The notes under the pieces were generated by a model, which worked only from the letters and a program-made list of their open reading frames with translations, was not told the DNA's origin and made no database searches. This document shows positions 37,673 through 47,938 of a stretch of DNA of 64,000 nucleotides, piece by piece (the stretch's first letter is position 1; each line of letters starts with the position of its first letter). Origin of the DNA: an uncultured Alphaproteobacteria bacterium. Lineage in GTDB: Bacteria; Pseudomonadota; Alphaproteobacteria; HIMB59; GCA-002718135. The stretch covers positions 8,168 to 72,167 of the forward strand of contig CACHLW010000003.1 of the NCBI GenBank assembly GCA_902580765.1, read 5' to 3'. The translations under genes and the position numbers were made by a program.

Positions 37673-38608
37673 ATGATTAGTGATGCGCAAATAAAACAAT
37701 ATAACGAAGAAGGTTATACGATCGTTGAAAATGTTTTTAGTATGGATGATTTAAATCCAATATTAAATGAATTTGAAGAAATTGTTGATGATTTTGCAGA
37801 AAAAGCTTTTCAAGCTGGAAAAATTACAAACAAACATGATGATAAAGATGTCTTTAAAAGACTAGCTGCTCTCGAAAGAGATTTTAAAGGTTCTTCCGTA
37901 TTAATACATCATAGAGGGGAATTAAAACCAGCTCTTGCAAATCTTTGGGGATCAAAAAAACTTTTAGATATGGTTGAAAATTGGGTTGGCAAAGATATTT
38001 CTGGTCATCCAGTTTGGAATATTAGATCTAAAACACCTCAGACAGCTAGGATGACAGTTCCATGGCACCAAGACTCTGCTTATTTAAAAGATGGAGCAGA
38101 AAAAACCACTCAGCCTGCTGCGTGGATTCCATTTCTAGATGTAAATAAAAATAATGGATGCATGCAGGTTGTTCCTGGAGGACATAGACCTGAAAGAGTT
38201 TTGAATCATAAATTAGAAAAGAAAGATGGTTCAGTAAAAGATTCTTGGTATTTATTTATTGAAGACAAAGATATTCCAGAGGAGAAAGTCGTTACTTGTG
38301 AAATGAAGGCTGGCTCAGTTCTATTTTTACATCAATTAGTTCCTCATCGATCACTTGAAAATTTATCTGAGGATGTAAGGTGGAGCGTTGACCTAAGATT
38401 TCAAAATCCAAAAGATGAAGCTGGTTTTCACACTGGTTTGGTTGATCCAATCATAATGAGAAAATCAGAAGACCCAAGTTATACAGCTGATTGGGACTCT
38501 TGGTTTAAAGGTTATGAAGAACAACACACTAAATTTAGAGGGACTTCAAAAAAAGACCAATTTGACTCCACAGTTGATGGGTCATGGTTAGATCGTTGGG
38601 ATAATTAA
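37673..38608 (+). CDS. PhyH-family Fe(II)/2-oxoglutarate dioxygenase (paralog 1)
   Basis: Has VPWHQDSAY (H-x-D) and a distal LVPHRS His. N-terminal QYNEEGYTIVENVF is typical of PhyH. Start set at ATG 37673 behind GGGAGGA; the track start at 37661 is a TTG. Confidence 0.75.
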   Translation: MISDAQIKQYNEEGYTIVENVFSMDDLNPILNEFEEIVDDFAEKAFQAGKITNKHDDKDVFKRLAALERDFKGSSVLIHHRGELKPALANLWGSKKLLDMVENWVGKDISGHPVWNIRSKTPQTARMTVPWHQDSAYLKDGAEKTTQPAAWIPFLDVNKNNGCMQVVPGGHRPERVLNHKLEKKDGSVKDSWYLFIEDKDIPEEKVVTCEMKAGSVLFLHQLVPHRSLENLSEDVRWSVDLRFQNPKDEAGFHTGLVDPIIMRKSEDPSYTADWDSWFKGYEEQHTKFRGTSKKDQFDSTVDGSWLDRWDN

Positions 38609-38622
38609 TTTAATTATCAAGC

Positions 38623-39606
38623 ATGGAAGTTAATCTCGATGATTGGTACAGACCAGAAGTCGACAGAAAAAAATTAAAAGCCTTAAGTAAAAGAAGAGAT
38701 CTACCTGGACTAATCCATTTCTTCTTTTATTTTTTATCTTTATTTATTTCAGGATATTTAGCATACATTACTTTAGGTACGTGGTGGACATATCTATTCT
38801 TTTTTATTTATGGTACGATTTATGCGTTCAGTGTAGCGAACTGGCATGAAACTGTTCATCGAACTGCATTCAAGACTCGTTGGATAAATGAATTTTTTTA
38901 TCATATCAGTTCTTTCATGTGTGACTTTGAAGGTTTTAGATGGCGTTGGAGCCATACTTTCCATCATTCAAAGACATTACAAACAGAAGATGATTATGAT
39001 CACGAAATACAAGTATCAAGACCGATAGAATTATTTGCATTCTTTTTGAATTTTATACCTCTTACAGATTTATTATACCCACATAAATTAATTAAGTTTG
39101 AAGTTCTAAAACATGCTTTTGGAAAATTCACTCCAGTTATTGATATAACAGCGCCTAAAGAAGAAAAGAAAAAAATTCTTTGGAACTCAAGATTATATGT
39201 TTTTATTTGGTTAACAGTTATTGCATATTCTTTTTACTTAGGTTCTTTCTTACCAATAATTTATATTATTTTACCAACTTATATTGGGAAGCCAATTTGG
39301 TTTGCCGTAAATGTGACTCAACACCTAGCTGCTAAAGTTGACACAAAAGATCACCGCTTAAGCACTTACTCTGTTAGAATAAATCCAATATTAAGTTTTT
39401 TATATTGGCATATGGAATATCATTTAGAGCATCATATGTTTCCTATGGTGCCTTCATACAATTTAAAAAAATTACGAAAAGAAATTGATAAAGAATTACC
39501 ACAACCGTTCACGAGTCTTTTTGATTTTTATAAAAAAGTTTTGCCAGCTGTTATATCTTTGGCTACTGATCAAAATAAATATTATAAAGTTAAATTAAAT
39601 AATTAA
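38623..39606 (+). CDS. Membrane fatty-acid-desaturase-family di-iron enzyme
   Basis: 327 aa. Three His boxes (HETVHR, HTFHHS, HLEHHMFP) separated by TM segments. Confidence 0.75.
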   Translation: MEVNLDDWYRPEVDRKKLKALSKRRDLPGLIHFFFYFLSLFISGYLAYITLGTWWTYLFFFIYGTIYAFSVANWHETVHRTAFKTRWINEFFYHISSFMCDFEGFRWRWSHTFHHSKTLQTEDDYDHEIQVSRPIELFAFFLNFIPLTDLLYPHKLIKFEVLKHAFGKFTPVIDITAPKEEKKKILWNSRLYVFIWLTVIAYSFYLGSFLPIIYIILPTYIGKPIWFAVNVTQHLAAKVDTKDHRLSTYSVRINPILSFLYWHMEYHLEHHMFPMVPSYNLKKLRKEIDKELPQPFTSLFDFYKKVLPAVISLATDQNKYYKVKLNN

Positions 39607-39607
39607 A

Positions 39608-40033
39608 CTACCAAGAACCAGAATTTTCCATAGACTTCCATGGTTCTTGTTCAGGTAAAGATTCCCCTTCTTGTAAGATCTCAATGGAAATTCCATCGGG
39701 AGAGCGAACAAAAGCCATATGTCCATCACGAGGTGGTCTATTAATTGTGACGCCGTTGTTCATTAATTTTTCACACACTTCATAAATATTGTTAACACTG
39801 TAAGCTAGATGACCAAAGTTTCTTCCTCCAGTATATTTTTCCGGATCCCAATTATATGTTAGTTCAAGAAGACCTGTTCTTTCATCGCTATTTTCAGCAG
39901 CTAAAAATATTAGGGTAAAACGACCTTTTTCATTGTCAACTCGTCGCACCTCTTTTAATCCAAGTTTGTTACAGTAAAAATCTAGAGAAGTATCAATGTT
40001 CTCAACCCTCACCATTGTGTGTAAATATTTCAT
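39608..40033 (-). CDS. gloA: Lactoylglutathione lyase (glyoxalase I)
   Basis: 141 aa. Collinear with E. coli GloA (LHTMVRV...LELTYNW...YGHLAY...PDG..IEILQ). Confidence 0.85.
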   Translation of the reverse strand: MKYLHTMVRVENIDTSLDFYCNKLGLKEVRRVDNEKGRFTLIFLAAENSDERTGLLELTYNWDPEKYTGGRNFGHLAYSVNNIYEVCEKLMNNGVTINRPPRDGHMAFVRSPDGISIEILQEGESLPEQEPWKSMENSGSW

Positions 40034-40126
40034 AAAAACTAATAAATATTAACACAATTTTAAATTTATTTTCAATTGTTATTTTGCTTAATTCACGTAA
40101 AATAAAATTCAAATAGGGAGGAATTA

Positions 40127-41659
40127 ATGAAGAAGAAAAAAGAATTAAAAATCTCTAGACGTACAGTTATGAAAGGAGCTCTTGCTGCGGGTGCAATGAT
40201 GTCAGCAGGATCTATACCTTCAAAACTATTTGCTGGAGAATTTAATATTCCTGATCCACTAAAACCATTACCAACAACTGGTGGTAATATGCGATGGATT
40301 GATAGTGGTGACATGAAAGGTGTCTTTTGGAAAAAATTATTTCCAGAATATGCAGCTTCAAGAGGTATCACTATTGAATATGATGGTTTGCCATGGAAAG
40401 AAATAAATAAAATTGTTCCAATTGCTATAAGAAATGGAACTGTTCATGATGTATTCCAATTACCGATAGGAATGGATCCGGGTGTTGCAGTATCTGAAGG
40501 TTGGGTGCAACCATGGGATGACTACATTGAAAACATCGACGAATGGTTAGGTGCGTTTCCTAGTGGTGTTTATCTTCCTGGTGTCAACCAATTCAATGGA
40601 AAGACCTATGGAACATGTTTAACAGCAAATAAGAGAACGGGAACTTGTCTTCTGTATAGTGAAAAATATATGAGTGAAGCTGGTTATGATCCTCAAGCTG
40701 GTCGTATGACATATTCTGAAATCAGAGATGCTGCTAAAAAAATTACTAAAAATGGTAATGGTCAGTATTATGGTTGGATCATTGGTGGAAACCAAGTTAA
40801 TCGATGGGAAGATGTTGTCCATACATTTGGACAAGTAGGTGGAGCACATAGTGGAAGAGGTGGTTTTACAAATAGACACATTAACTTCCAAAATGGTAAA
40901 TTCCAAATTGCATCTGATCAATATATGGAAGCAGTTGAATTACTTCTTCAATTAAAATCAGATGGAAGCGCTTTCCCAGGAGTTATGAGTATGAATGCTC
41001 CTCAAGCTAGAGCTTTGATGCCACAAGGTGCAGCAGGAATGATATTCCAAGGTCCTTGGTGTATTGGAGTTTGGGGAAGAGATGCTCCAGATTGGAAATA
41101 TGGTATTGCAAGTGAACCAGTTCCAGATGGAAAAGAAGCACAACCACTTTACATTGCAGAAGGTGGATCAAATACTTTTTGGTTAAGTGCTAATAGTACA
41201 ATGGGACCATTTGCTGGTGACCTGATTAGATTTATGGGAACTGAGCAAGGTCAAATTTACTGGGCTCAAACTGTTGGTGCCGCAGATCCAGCTGTTAATC
41301 CAGATGCAGTTGCTAAAGCTGGTTTAACCGGACCATCAGCACAAGCTTTAGCTATGTTTGCTGAAAACATACTTGTTGGACCTAATCCAATTGTAAGAAA
41401 TAAAGATGTTGGTATTGTAGCTGCAAAGTCTAGAGTACCAGATCCTTCTTTGGCTCTAGTTATTCAAGGGTTGTATACTGGACAACTTAAAGGTGTGGAA
41501 GCACAGCTTAAAGATTGTAATCAAAGGTATGAAGATGCTCTTGATAAAGCTGTTGAAGAGGCAAGAGCAGACGGTGCTAATGTAACTCGTGATGATTGGG
41601 TCTTCCCTAATTGGGATGTATACTCAAATTACGGTGCTGAAAAGTATCAAGAACTTTAA
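40127..41659 (+). CDS. Large CUT1-type substrate-binding protein with twin-arginine (TAT) signal
   Basis: 510 aa. N-terminus MKKKKELKISRRTVMKGALAAGAMMSAGS carries an S-R-R-x-V-x-K TAT motif. SD GGGAGGA. Confidence 0.8.
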   Translation: MKKKKELKISRRTVMKGALAAGAMMSAGSIPSKLFAGEFNIPDPLKPLPTTGGNMRWIDSGDMKGVFWKKLFPEYAASRGITIEYDGLPWKEINKIVPIAIRNGTVHDVFQLPIGMDPGVAVSEGWVQPWDDYIENIDEWLGAFPSGVYLPGVNQFNGKTYGTCLTANKRTGTCLLYSEKYMSEAGYDPQAGRMTYSEIRDAAKKITKNGNGQYYGWIIGGNQVNRWEDVVHTFGQVGGAHSGRGGFTNRHINFQNGKFQIASDQYMEAVELLLQLKSDGSAFPGVMSMNAPQARALMPQGAAGMIFQGPWCIGVWGRDAPDWKYGIASEPVPDGKEAQPLYIAEGGSNTFWLSANSTMGPFAGDLIRFMGTEQGQIYWAQTVGAADPAVNPDAVAKAGLTGPSAQALAMFAENILVGPNPIVRNKDVGIVAAKSRVPDPSLALVIQGLYTGQLKGVEAQLKDCNQRYEDALDKAVEEARADGANVTRDDWVFPNWDVYSNYGAEKYQEL

Positions 41660-41670
41660 ACAAAATATCT

Positions 41671-41701
41671 AAAGGCGAATTTTTTAAATTCGCCTTTTTT
41701 T
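41671..41701 (+). terminator. Hairpin plus T-tract between SBP and permease genes
   Basis: aggcgaattt-ttta-aaattcgcct stem followed by 7 T. It ends 4 nt before the permease ATG. Confidence 0.65.
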
Positions 41702-41704
41702 ACT

Positions 41705-42619
41705 ATGCACAAAAAACCTCTATCTAAACAAATATATGATGCAAGATGGTGTTACCTATTTGTTTTACCATGCTCAATTCTTACAGGAATGTTTGTCATT
41801 TATCCTATTGGAATGTCTTGGTATTTTTCTTTATTAGATTGGAGTGGTTTTACAAAAGAAGCAAAATTCATTGGCCTTCAAAATTATTATGAAGCTGTTA
41901 ATGATGAATTCTTTTGGGATGCATTCATTCGTTCTTTTATTTTTATGTTTGGAACAGTTCCAGTAAAAATTGTTTTAGGATTTATAATTGCAGTATTTTT
42001 AAATAATCAAGTTTTGAAACTTGCTCCTTTCTTTCGTACTGTAATCTTTATGCCTGTAGTTACTGCAATTGCTATCATTGGTATTGTAATGACTTTTGTA
42101 TTTAGCCCTTTTAATGGACCTGCTAATAAATTTTTAATGTCTACTAATTTAACTTCTGCTCCAATTGATTTTCTTGGAAACCCAGATACGGTGCTTCCAA
42201 CTGTAATGGGAGTGTATGTTTGGAAATGGCTAGGGATAACTATGATGTATTGGCTTGCTGCTTTACAAACAGTCCCACAAGATGTTTACGATGCCGCAAA
42301 AATTGATGGTGCTGAAGGATATAGATTATGGATCCATATTATTTTACCTATTGTACTACCTTTTGCTATTGTCATTATTCTTGTGGAGGCAGTTGGAGCA
42401 CTAAATGTTTTTCCTTTAATTGAAACTATGACTGCTGGAGGACCATTCTTTAGTAGTGAAGTTATGGAAATATATATTTTTAGAACAGCTTTTGTAACTG
42501 ATTCTGGAACAATGCCTAGGCTTGGATACGCTTGTGCTGCAGGAGTATTTTGGGGTGTTGCTGTTTTATTTATTACAGTTCTTCAGGGATTATGGATGAG
42601 GAGAACTCGAAGAATATGA
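41705..42619 (+). CDS. CUT1 ABC permease (MalF-like)
   Basis: 304 aa, 6 TM. EAA loop DAAKIDGAEGYRLWIHIILP. Confidence 0.85.
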   Translation: MHKKPLSKQIYDARWCYLFVLPCSILTGMFVIYPIGMSWYFSLLDWSGFTKEAKFIGLQNYYEAVNDEFFWDAFIRSFIFMFGTVPVKIVLGFIIAVFLNNQVLKLAPFFRTVIFMPVVTAIAIIGIVMTFVFSPFNGPANKFLMSTNLTSAPIDFLGNPDTVLPTVMGVYVWKWLGITMMYWLAALQTVPQDVYDAAKIDGAEGYRLWIHIILPIVLPFAIVIILVEAVGALNVFPLIETMTAGGPFFSSEVMEIYIFRTAFVTDSGTMPRLGYACAAGVFWGVAVLFITVLQGLWMRRTRRI

Positions 42620-43467
42620 GTAGATACTTAAATTTTATTGCTGAAAAAAACCAAGTTAAATATTTAATTATAACTATAGCTTTTATTATTTTCTCTTTCT
42701 TTTGGATCTATCCATTACTGTGGGTACTTTCAGCCTCTTTCAAAACAGATTTTGAAATTTGGGGAGGCTTAGGTTTAATCCCTGACCGGCTTGTTTGGGA
42801 AAATTTTGAAAGAGCATGGTTTGGTGCAAACATGGGTAGGTATTTTTTTAACACACTGATTATTACAGTTGTTTCTGTAATTATAGTTGTCGTAACAACT
42901 GGTATGTTTGGTTATGTAATTGGAAGATATTCTTTTCCAGGAAAAAAAATACTTATTGGAATTTTAATTAGTACAATTTTTATTCCTCAAGGTTACACAA
43001 TTATTCCTGTTTTTGATTTATTAAATAATTTAAATATTTCTAAAAACTTAATTGGACTAACACTCGCAACGGCAGGACACACCCCTGTAATTTATATTTT
43101 ATTATTTGCAGGATATTTTTCAAGAGTTCCTGTGGAGCTTGAAGAAGCAGCTAAAATGGATGGAGCGGGTTTTGTTCGAACATTTATTTCAATCATGTTA
43201 CCTTTAACAAAACCAGTAGTAGCTACAGTTTCTATTCTACAAGTTTTACATGCATGGAATGACTTTTTATTACCAGTCGTTATCACTCTAGGTAATCCTG
43301 ATATACGAACACTATCCGTAGGTGTGTACGCTTTTAAAGGCGAATACTTTGTCGATTGGTCTGGTATGGCAGCTGCATCTGTTATAACTATTTTGCCTAT
43401 AATTATATTGTTTTTGTTTATGCAAAAATATTTCGTTGAAGGTGTTCAAGGAGCTGTAAAAGGGTAA
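42616..43467 (+). CDS. CUT1 ABC permease (MalG-like)
   Basis: Start moved to the ATGA overlap (MSRYLNF...). EAA loop EAAKMDGAGFVRTFISIMLP. Confidence 0.85.
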   Translation: MSRYLNFIAEKNQVKYLIITIAFIIFSFFWIYPLLWVLSASFKTDFEIWGGLGLIPDRLVWENFERAWFGANMGRYFFNTLIITVVSVIIVVVTTGMFGYVIGRYSFPGKKILIGILISTIFIPQGYTIIPVFDLLNNLNISKNLIGLTLATAGHTPVIYILLFAGYFSRVPVELEEAAKMDGAGFVRTFISIMLPLTKPVVATVSILQVLHAWNDFLLPVVITLGNPDIRTLSVGVYAFKGEYFVDWSGMAAASVITILPIIILFLFMQKYFVEGVQGAVKG

Positions 43468-43469
43468 AG

Positions 43470-45011
43470 ATGAAAAGACCAAATATTTTATTAATAACTT
43501 CCGATCAACAGCATCACGATACCATTGGAAAATTTAATTCAAAAATACAAACACCGTATTTAGATAAGCTTTGTAATGAAGGAATGAATTTTACAAGAGC
43601 TTATTGTCCATCACCAGTTTGCACACCATCAAGAGCAAGTATTATTACTGGACAATATCCGTCTTCTCATGGAGCTTGGACAATTGGTGTTAAATTAGAT
43701 GAAGAAGTAGAAACTATTGGAGAACTGTTATACAAAAATGGTTACTCTACTGGTTTAATTGGTAAAGCGCATTTCCAGCCATTAACTTCAGTTCCAGGTC
43801 AGGAATCTATAGAAGGACAACCAACGTTAAGAGATTTAGAATTTTGGAAAAATTTTAAAGGACCTTGGTATGGCTTTGAACATATTGAGCTAGCACGTAA
43901 TCATGCAGATGAAAGCCATGTAGGTCAACATTATGCAATTTGGATGGAACAAAACGGTCTTAGTGATTGGAAAGAATATTTTCAACCAGTGCCTGGTGAA
44001 ACTTCTAAATATGCTCCTCCAATTGCTCGTGAATATGACTACTGGGCAAGACCGGATAGAATTTGGAAGTTAGACGAAAAACATCATTACACAAATTGGA
44101 CAGCCGAAAGATCAATTGAATTTTTAGATCAACAAAAAGATGACAAGCCATTTTTTCTTTGGACAAGCTTTCAGGATCCACATCCACCATATGTATTAAG
44201 TGAACCATGGGCATCAATGTATAATCCAGAAGACATGTCACCTGGAACGTTAAAAGAAGGTGAACACGAATTAAATCCACCACATTTTGGCAAAACACAA
44301 ACGACAAATCCTGATTTCGAGAATTGGCATTCACCATTTAATGCTCATGGATGCATGAGTCATCTGTATCCTATGGAAGAATTAAAAAAAGACATGGCAA
44401 TTTATTATGGCATGGTTAGTTTTATGGATAAGAATATTGGAAAAATTATTAATAAGTTAGATCAAATGGGTGAACTTGATAATACCATAATTATTTTTAC
44501 TACTGATCATGGTCACTTTATAGGACAGCATGGTTTAATTGCTAAAGGACCTTTCCACTATGAAGATATGCTCCGTTTACCTTTTATTGTTAGATGGCCA
44601 GATAAAGTTCCTCAAAATTCATCATCTTCATCTTTATTGAGTTTAGTTGATCTTGCGCCAACATTTTTAAAAGTCGCGGGCATTGATATACCAACCCAAA
44701 TGCAAGGAGTGGATCAAACGGATGTATTTTATGGCAACAAGGACAGTATCCGTTCACATATATTTGTTGAAAACAGACATAATCCAAGAATGCCACATTT
44801 AAAAACTTACATAAATGATAATTATAAAATTTCTATTTACCGAGAAGCTAACTACGGTGAACTTTTTGATTTAGAAAATGATCCAAACGAATATAATAAT
44901 TTATGGGATAATACAAACGCACAAACATTAAAAAAAGATTTATTATTTAAGTTTGCGCAAGCCACATTAAAAGATGAAACATCAAAAATGAAAAGAGTTT
45001 CAGGCGCTTAA
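43470..45011 (+). CDS. Cys-type sulfatase (S1 family), no signal peptide
   Basis: 513 aa. ILLITSDQQHHD metal site and CTPSRASIITG fGly motif (Cys codon at 43620). GKAHF and TTDHGH blocks. N-terminus MKRPNILL has no leader. Confidence 0.85.
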   Translation: MKRPNILLITSDQQHHDTIGKFNSKIQTPYLDKLCNEGMNFTRAYCPSPVCTPSRASIITGQYPSSHGAWTIGVKLDEEVETIGELLYKNGYSTGLIGKAHFQPLTSVPGQESIEGQPTLRDLEFWKNFKGPWYGFEHIELARNHADESHVGQHYAIWMEQNGLSDWKEYFQPVPGETSKYAPPIAREYDYWARPDRIWKLDEKHHYTNWTAERSIEFLDQQKDDKPFFLWTSFQDPHPPYVLSEPWASMYNPEDMSPGTLKEGEHELNPPHFGKTQTTNPDFENWHSPFNAHGCMSHLYPMEELKKDMAIYYGMVSFMDKNIGKIINKLDQMGELDNTIIIFTTDHGHFIGQHGLIAKGPFHYEDMLRLPFIVRWPDKVPQNSSSSSLLSLVDLAPTFLKVAGIDIPTQMQGVDQTDVFYGNKDSIRSHIFVENRHNPRMPHLKTYINDNYKISIYREANYGELFDLENDPNEYNNLWDNTNAQTLKKDLLFKFAQATLKDETSKMKRVSGA

Positions 45012-45027
45012 TTAAGAAAGGATAAAG

Positions 45028-46527
45028 ATGAGAATTTTATACGTAGACATAGACTCTTTAAGACCTGATCATTTAGGATGCTATGGTTATCATAGAAACA
45101 CATCTCCTACGATTGACTCAATAGCAAAAGAAGGAGTCAAGTTTACAAATTTTTATTCAACAGACACACCGTGCTTACCTAGTAGAACTGCTTTGTTCGG
45201 TGGCAATTTTGGTTTCAAAACTGGAGTCGTTAATCATGGCGGTGAATTCTCTGATATTGCTCCTAGAAAAAATATTTGGAATAGAGAATTTAAAGGCGGT
45301 TTAAGAGGAGAATATGCTTTTACATCTCTTGGTAAAGTTCTTCGAGATGCAGGATATTATACAGCAAGTATTAGTCCTTTTCCTGAAAGACATACAGCTT
45401 ATCAAGTTTGGTTTGGTTTTACCGAAACGTATGACACTGGAAAAGGTGGTTTAGAAAATGCTGATGAAGTCTACCCTGTTATAAAAAAGTGGTTAGAAAA
45501 TAATGGAGAAAAAGAAAATTGGTTCTTACATGTAAATATGTGGGATCCTCATACTCCGTATGATACGCCTGAAGACTTTGGAAATCCTTTTAAAGATGAA
45601 CCTATTGAAGATTGGGTGACAGAAGAATTAATTAAAAAACAAAGGAATAGTTTTGGACCGCATAGCGCCAGAGAAGTTCCAGGATTTGATGAAGATCTTG
45701 GAGGAAAGTATACAATGGGGGTGGGCGAAATTAAAAATACTTCTGATGCTAAAGAGCAAATTGATGCATATGATACTGGAATTAAGTACGCTGATTTTTA
45801 TTTAAATAAAGTTTTTGAAGACTTAAAAAAAATGAACCTTTGGGATGATACAGCAATAATTATTTCAGCAGACCATGGAGAGAATCAAGGCGAGTTAAAT
45901 GTATGGGGAGATCACCAAACAGCTGATCATATAACTAATAGAGTTCCATTAATAATTAGATGGCCGGGGATAACAGATACAAATACAGGAAGTACTGTAG
46001 AAAATAAATTTTATAATTTAGATTTAACTTCAACTATTTCTCAAATTACTTCATCTTCACAACCTGATAGATGGGATGGTATTAATTTCACTGAAAATTT
46101 AACTAATAGTAAATCATCAAATGGAAGGGATTATTTAGTTATTAGTCATGGTGCTTGGAGTTGTCAAAGATCCGTAAGATGGGATAATTGGTTACTGATA
46201 AGAACGTACGACACTGGTTTAAAAGATTTTCCAAAATATATGCTTTTTGATATTGAAAAGGATCCTCATGAGTTGAATAACCTAGCAGATCAGCATAAAG
46301 ATCTCGTAGCACATGGAATGTTTTTAATCGATGAGTGGATTGAAGAAAATATGTATGAGGCTGATAGAGGAGATCCACTTCAAGGTGTAATTAGAGAAGG
46401 CGGTCCTCATCATGCAAATATTTATTCAAAAGTCTGGAATACATATGTTGAGCGTCTTGAAAAAACAGATAGAAAAAAACACGCTGACAATCTTAGGAAA
46501 TATAAAGGAAAACCTTTTAGTAAATAA
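45028..46527 (+). CDS. Cys-type sulfatase (S1 family), no signal peptide
   Basis: 499 aa. YVDIDSLRPD, CLPSRTALFGG (Cys codon at 45172) and SADHGE. No leader. Confidence 0.8.
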   Translation: MRILYVDIDSLRPDHLGCYGYHRNTSPTIDSIAKEGVKFTNFYSTDTPCLPSRTALFGGNFGFKTGVVNHGGEFSDIAPRKNIWNREFKGGLRGEYAFTSLGKVLRDAGYYTASISPFPERHTAYQVWFGFTETYDTGKGGLENADEVYPVIKKWLENNGEKENWFLHVNMWDPHTPYDTPEDFGNPFKDEPIEDWVTEELIKKQRNSFGPHSAREVPGFDEDLGGKYTMGVGEIKNTSDAKEQIDAYDTGIKYADFYLNKVFEDLKKMNLWDDTAIIISADHGENQGELNVWGDHQTADHITNRVPLIIRWPGITDTNTGSTVENKFYNLDLTSTISQITSSSQPDRWDGINFTENLTNSKSSNGRDYLVISHGAWSCQRSVRWDNWLLIRTYDTGLKDFPKYMLFDIEKDPHELNNLADQHKDLVAHGMFLIDEWIEENMYEADRGDPLQGVIREGGPHHANIYSKVWNTYVERLEKTDRKKHADNLRKYKGKPFSK

Positions 46528-46539
46528 ATCTAAATCATA

Positions 46540-47907
46540 ATGAATATTAAATCTAAACCAAATATTATTGTATTTTTTACTGATCAACAACGTTGGGATA
46601 CTTCTGGTTTACATGGCAATCCATTATCCTTGATGGAGAACTTTGATCATTATGCAGTTGAAGGTACACATCTTTATAATTCATTTACATGTCAACCAGT
46701 TTGCGGGCCTGCAAGAGCTTCATTACAATCAGGAATGTATGCAACAAAAACTGGATGTTTTAAAAATAGAATACCTTTAAAAAAAAATATTAAAACTCTT
46801 GCAAAATATCTATCAAAAGAAGGTTATGCCACTGGATATATTGGAAAATGGCATCTAGGCTCTTCTGAACCAGTTAAAAAAGAGGATAGAGGTGGTTATG
46901 ATTATTGGTTGGGATCAAATCTATTAGAATTTACTTCTGATGCTTATGAAACATATGTTTATGATGGACAAAATAAAAAAGTATTTCTTCCAGGATATAG
47001 AGTTGATGCAATAACTGATGCAGCTATAAATTTTATAAAACTAAATCAAAAAAAACCATTTTTTCTTTTTATTTCTCTTATTGAGCCACATCATCAAAAT
47101 AATACAGATGATTATCCACCACCTATTGGATACAGAGAAAAATATACAGGCAAGTGGTCTCCTCCAGATCTTTCATCTCTGGTTGGATCTTCTCCTCGCC
47201 ATTTAGGAGGTTATTATGGAATGGTGAAGAGAATAGATGAAGCTTATGGCAGAATGATTGATGTTATTAAAAGTTTAAAATTATTTGATGATAGTGCCAT
47301 TATTTTTACATCAGATCATGGAAATAATTTTAAAACACGAAATAGAGAATATAAACGTTCATGTCATGAAAGTTCAATACGGGTTCCTACATCTTTGATT
47401 GGAAATGTCTTTCAGCAAGGTGGACGTATAAAAGAACTAACTAACATTCTAGATATTCATGCAACAATATTAGATTTGGCAAATGTCAAAAATACCTCTC
47501 ATTGTGATGGTAGATCAGTATTGCCTTTAGTGAATAAAACTTCCAAAAAATGGGAAAACGAAATTTTTATCCAAATTAGTGAAAGTCAATTAGCTAGAAG
47601 TTTAAGAACTGAAAAATGGAAATATTGTATTGCTGATCATGATTCTAATGGGAGTGATAAACCTTCATCTGATCAATACACGGAAACAAATTTATATGAT
47701 CTCGATGCTGATCCGTATGAATTAAATAACTTAATTGGTATTAGTACTTATGATGAAATAGTAACATCCTTAAGAAAAAAGATTAAAAGTAAAATTAAAA
47801 AAGTTGAAAATATAACAACTAAAATTACAAAAGCTAAAAATGTAATTAATCCTGGTCAAATGGGATTAAATCCTGATTCTTTTCACAGATTAAAGAAAAA
47901 ACTTTAA
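46540..47907 (+). CDS. Cys-type sulfatase (S1 family), no signal peptide
   Basis: 455 aa. FFTDQQRWD, CGPARASLQSG (Cys codon at 46702), GKWHLG and TSDHGN. No leader. Confidence 0.85.
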   Translation: MNIKSKPNIIVFFTDQQRWDTSGLHGNPLSLMENFDHYAVEGTHLYNSFTCQPVCGPARASLQSGMYATKTGCFKNRIPLKKNIKTLAKYLSKEGYATGYIGKWHLGSSEPVKKEDRGGYDYWLGSNLLEFTSDAYETYVYDGQNKKVFLPGYRVDAITDAAINFIKLNQKKPFFLFISLIEPHHQNNTDDYPPPIGYREKYTGKWSPPDLSSLVGSSPRHLGGYYGMVKRIDEAYGRMIDVIKSLKLFDDSAIIFTSDHGNNFKTRNREYKRSCHESSIRVPTSLIGNVFQQGGRIKELTNILDIHATILDLANVKNTSHCDGRSVLPLVNKTSKKWENEIFIQISESQLARSLRTEKWKYCIADHDSNGSDKPSSDQYTETNLYDLDADPYELNNLIGISTYDEIVTSLRKKIKSKIKKVENITTKITKAKNVINPGQMGLNPDSFHRLKKKL

Positions 47908-47938
47908 TAATTTTTTTTTTCGTATTAATCTAATTTTT

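Noticed and set aside
40093-40371. 92-aa minus-strand ORF covering the promoter and start region of the TAT-SBP gene
   Set aside because: It is antisense to the signal-peptide coding region and the SD of a strongly supported gene. Its Ala/Gly/Pro-rich translation is just the complement of the TAT h-region.
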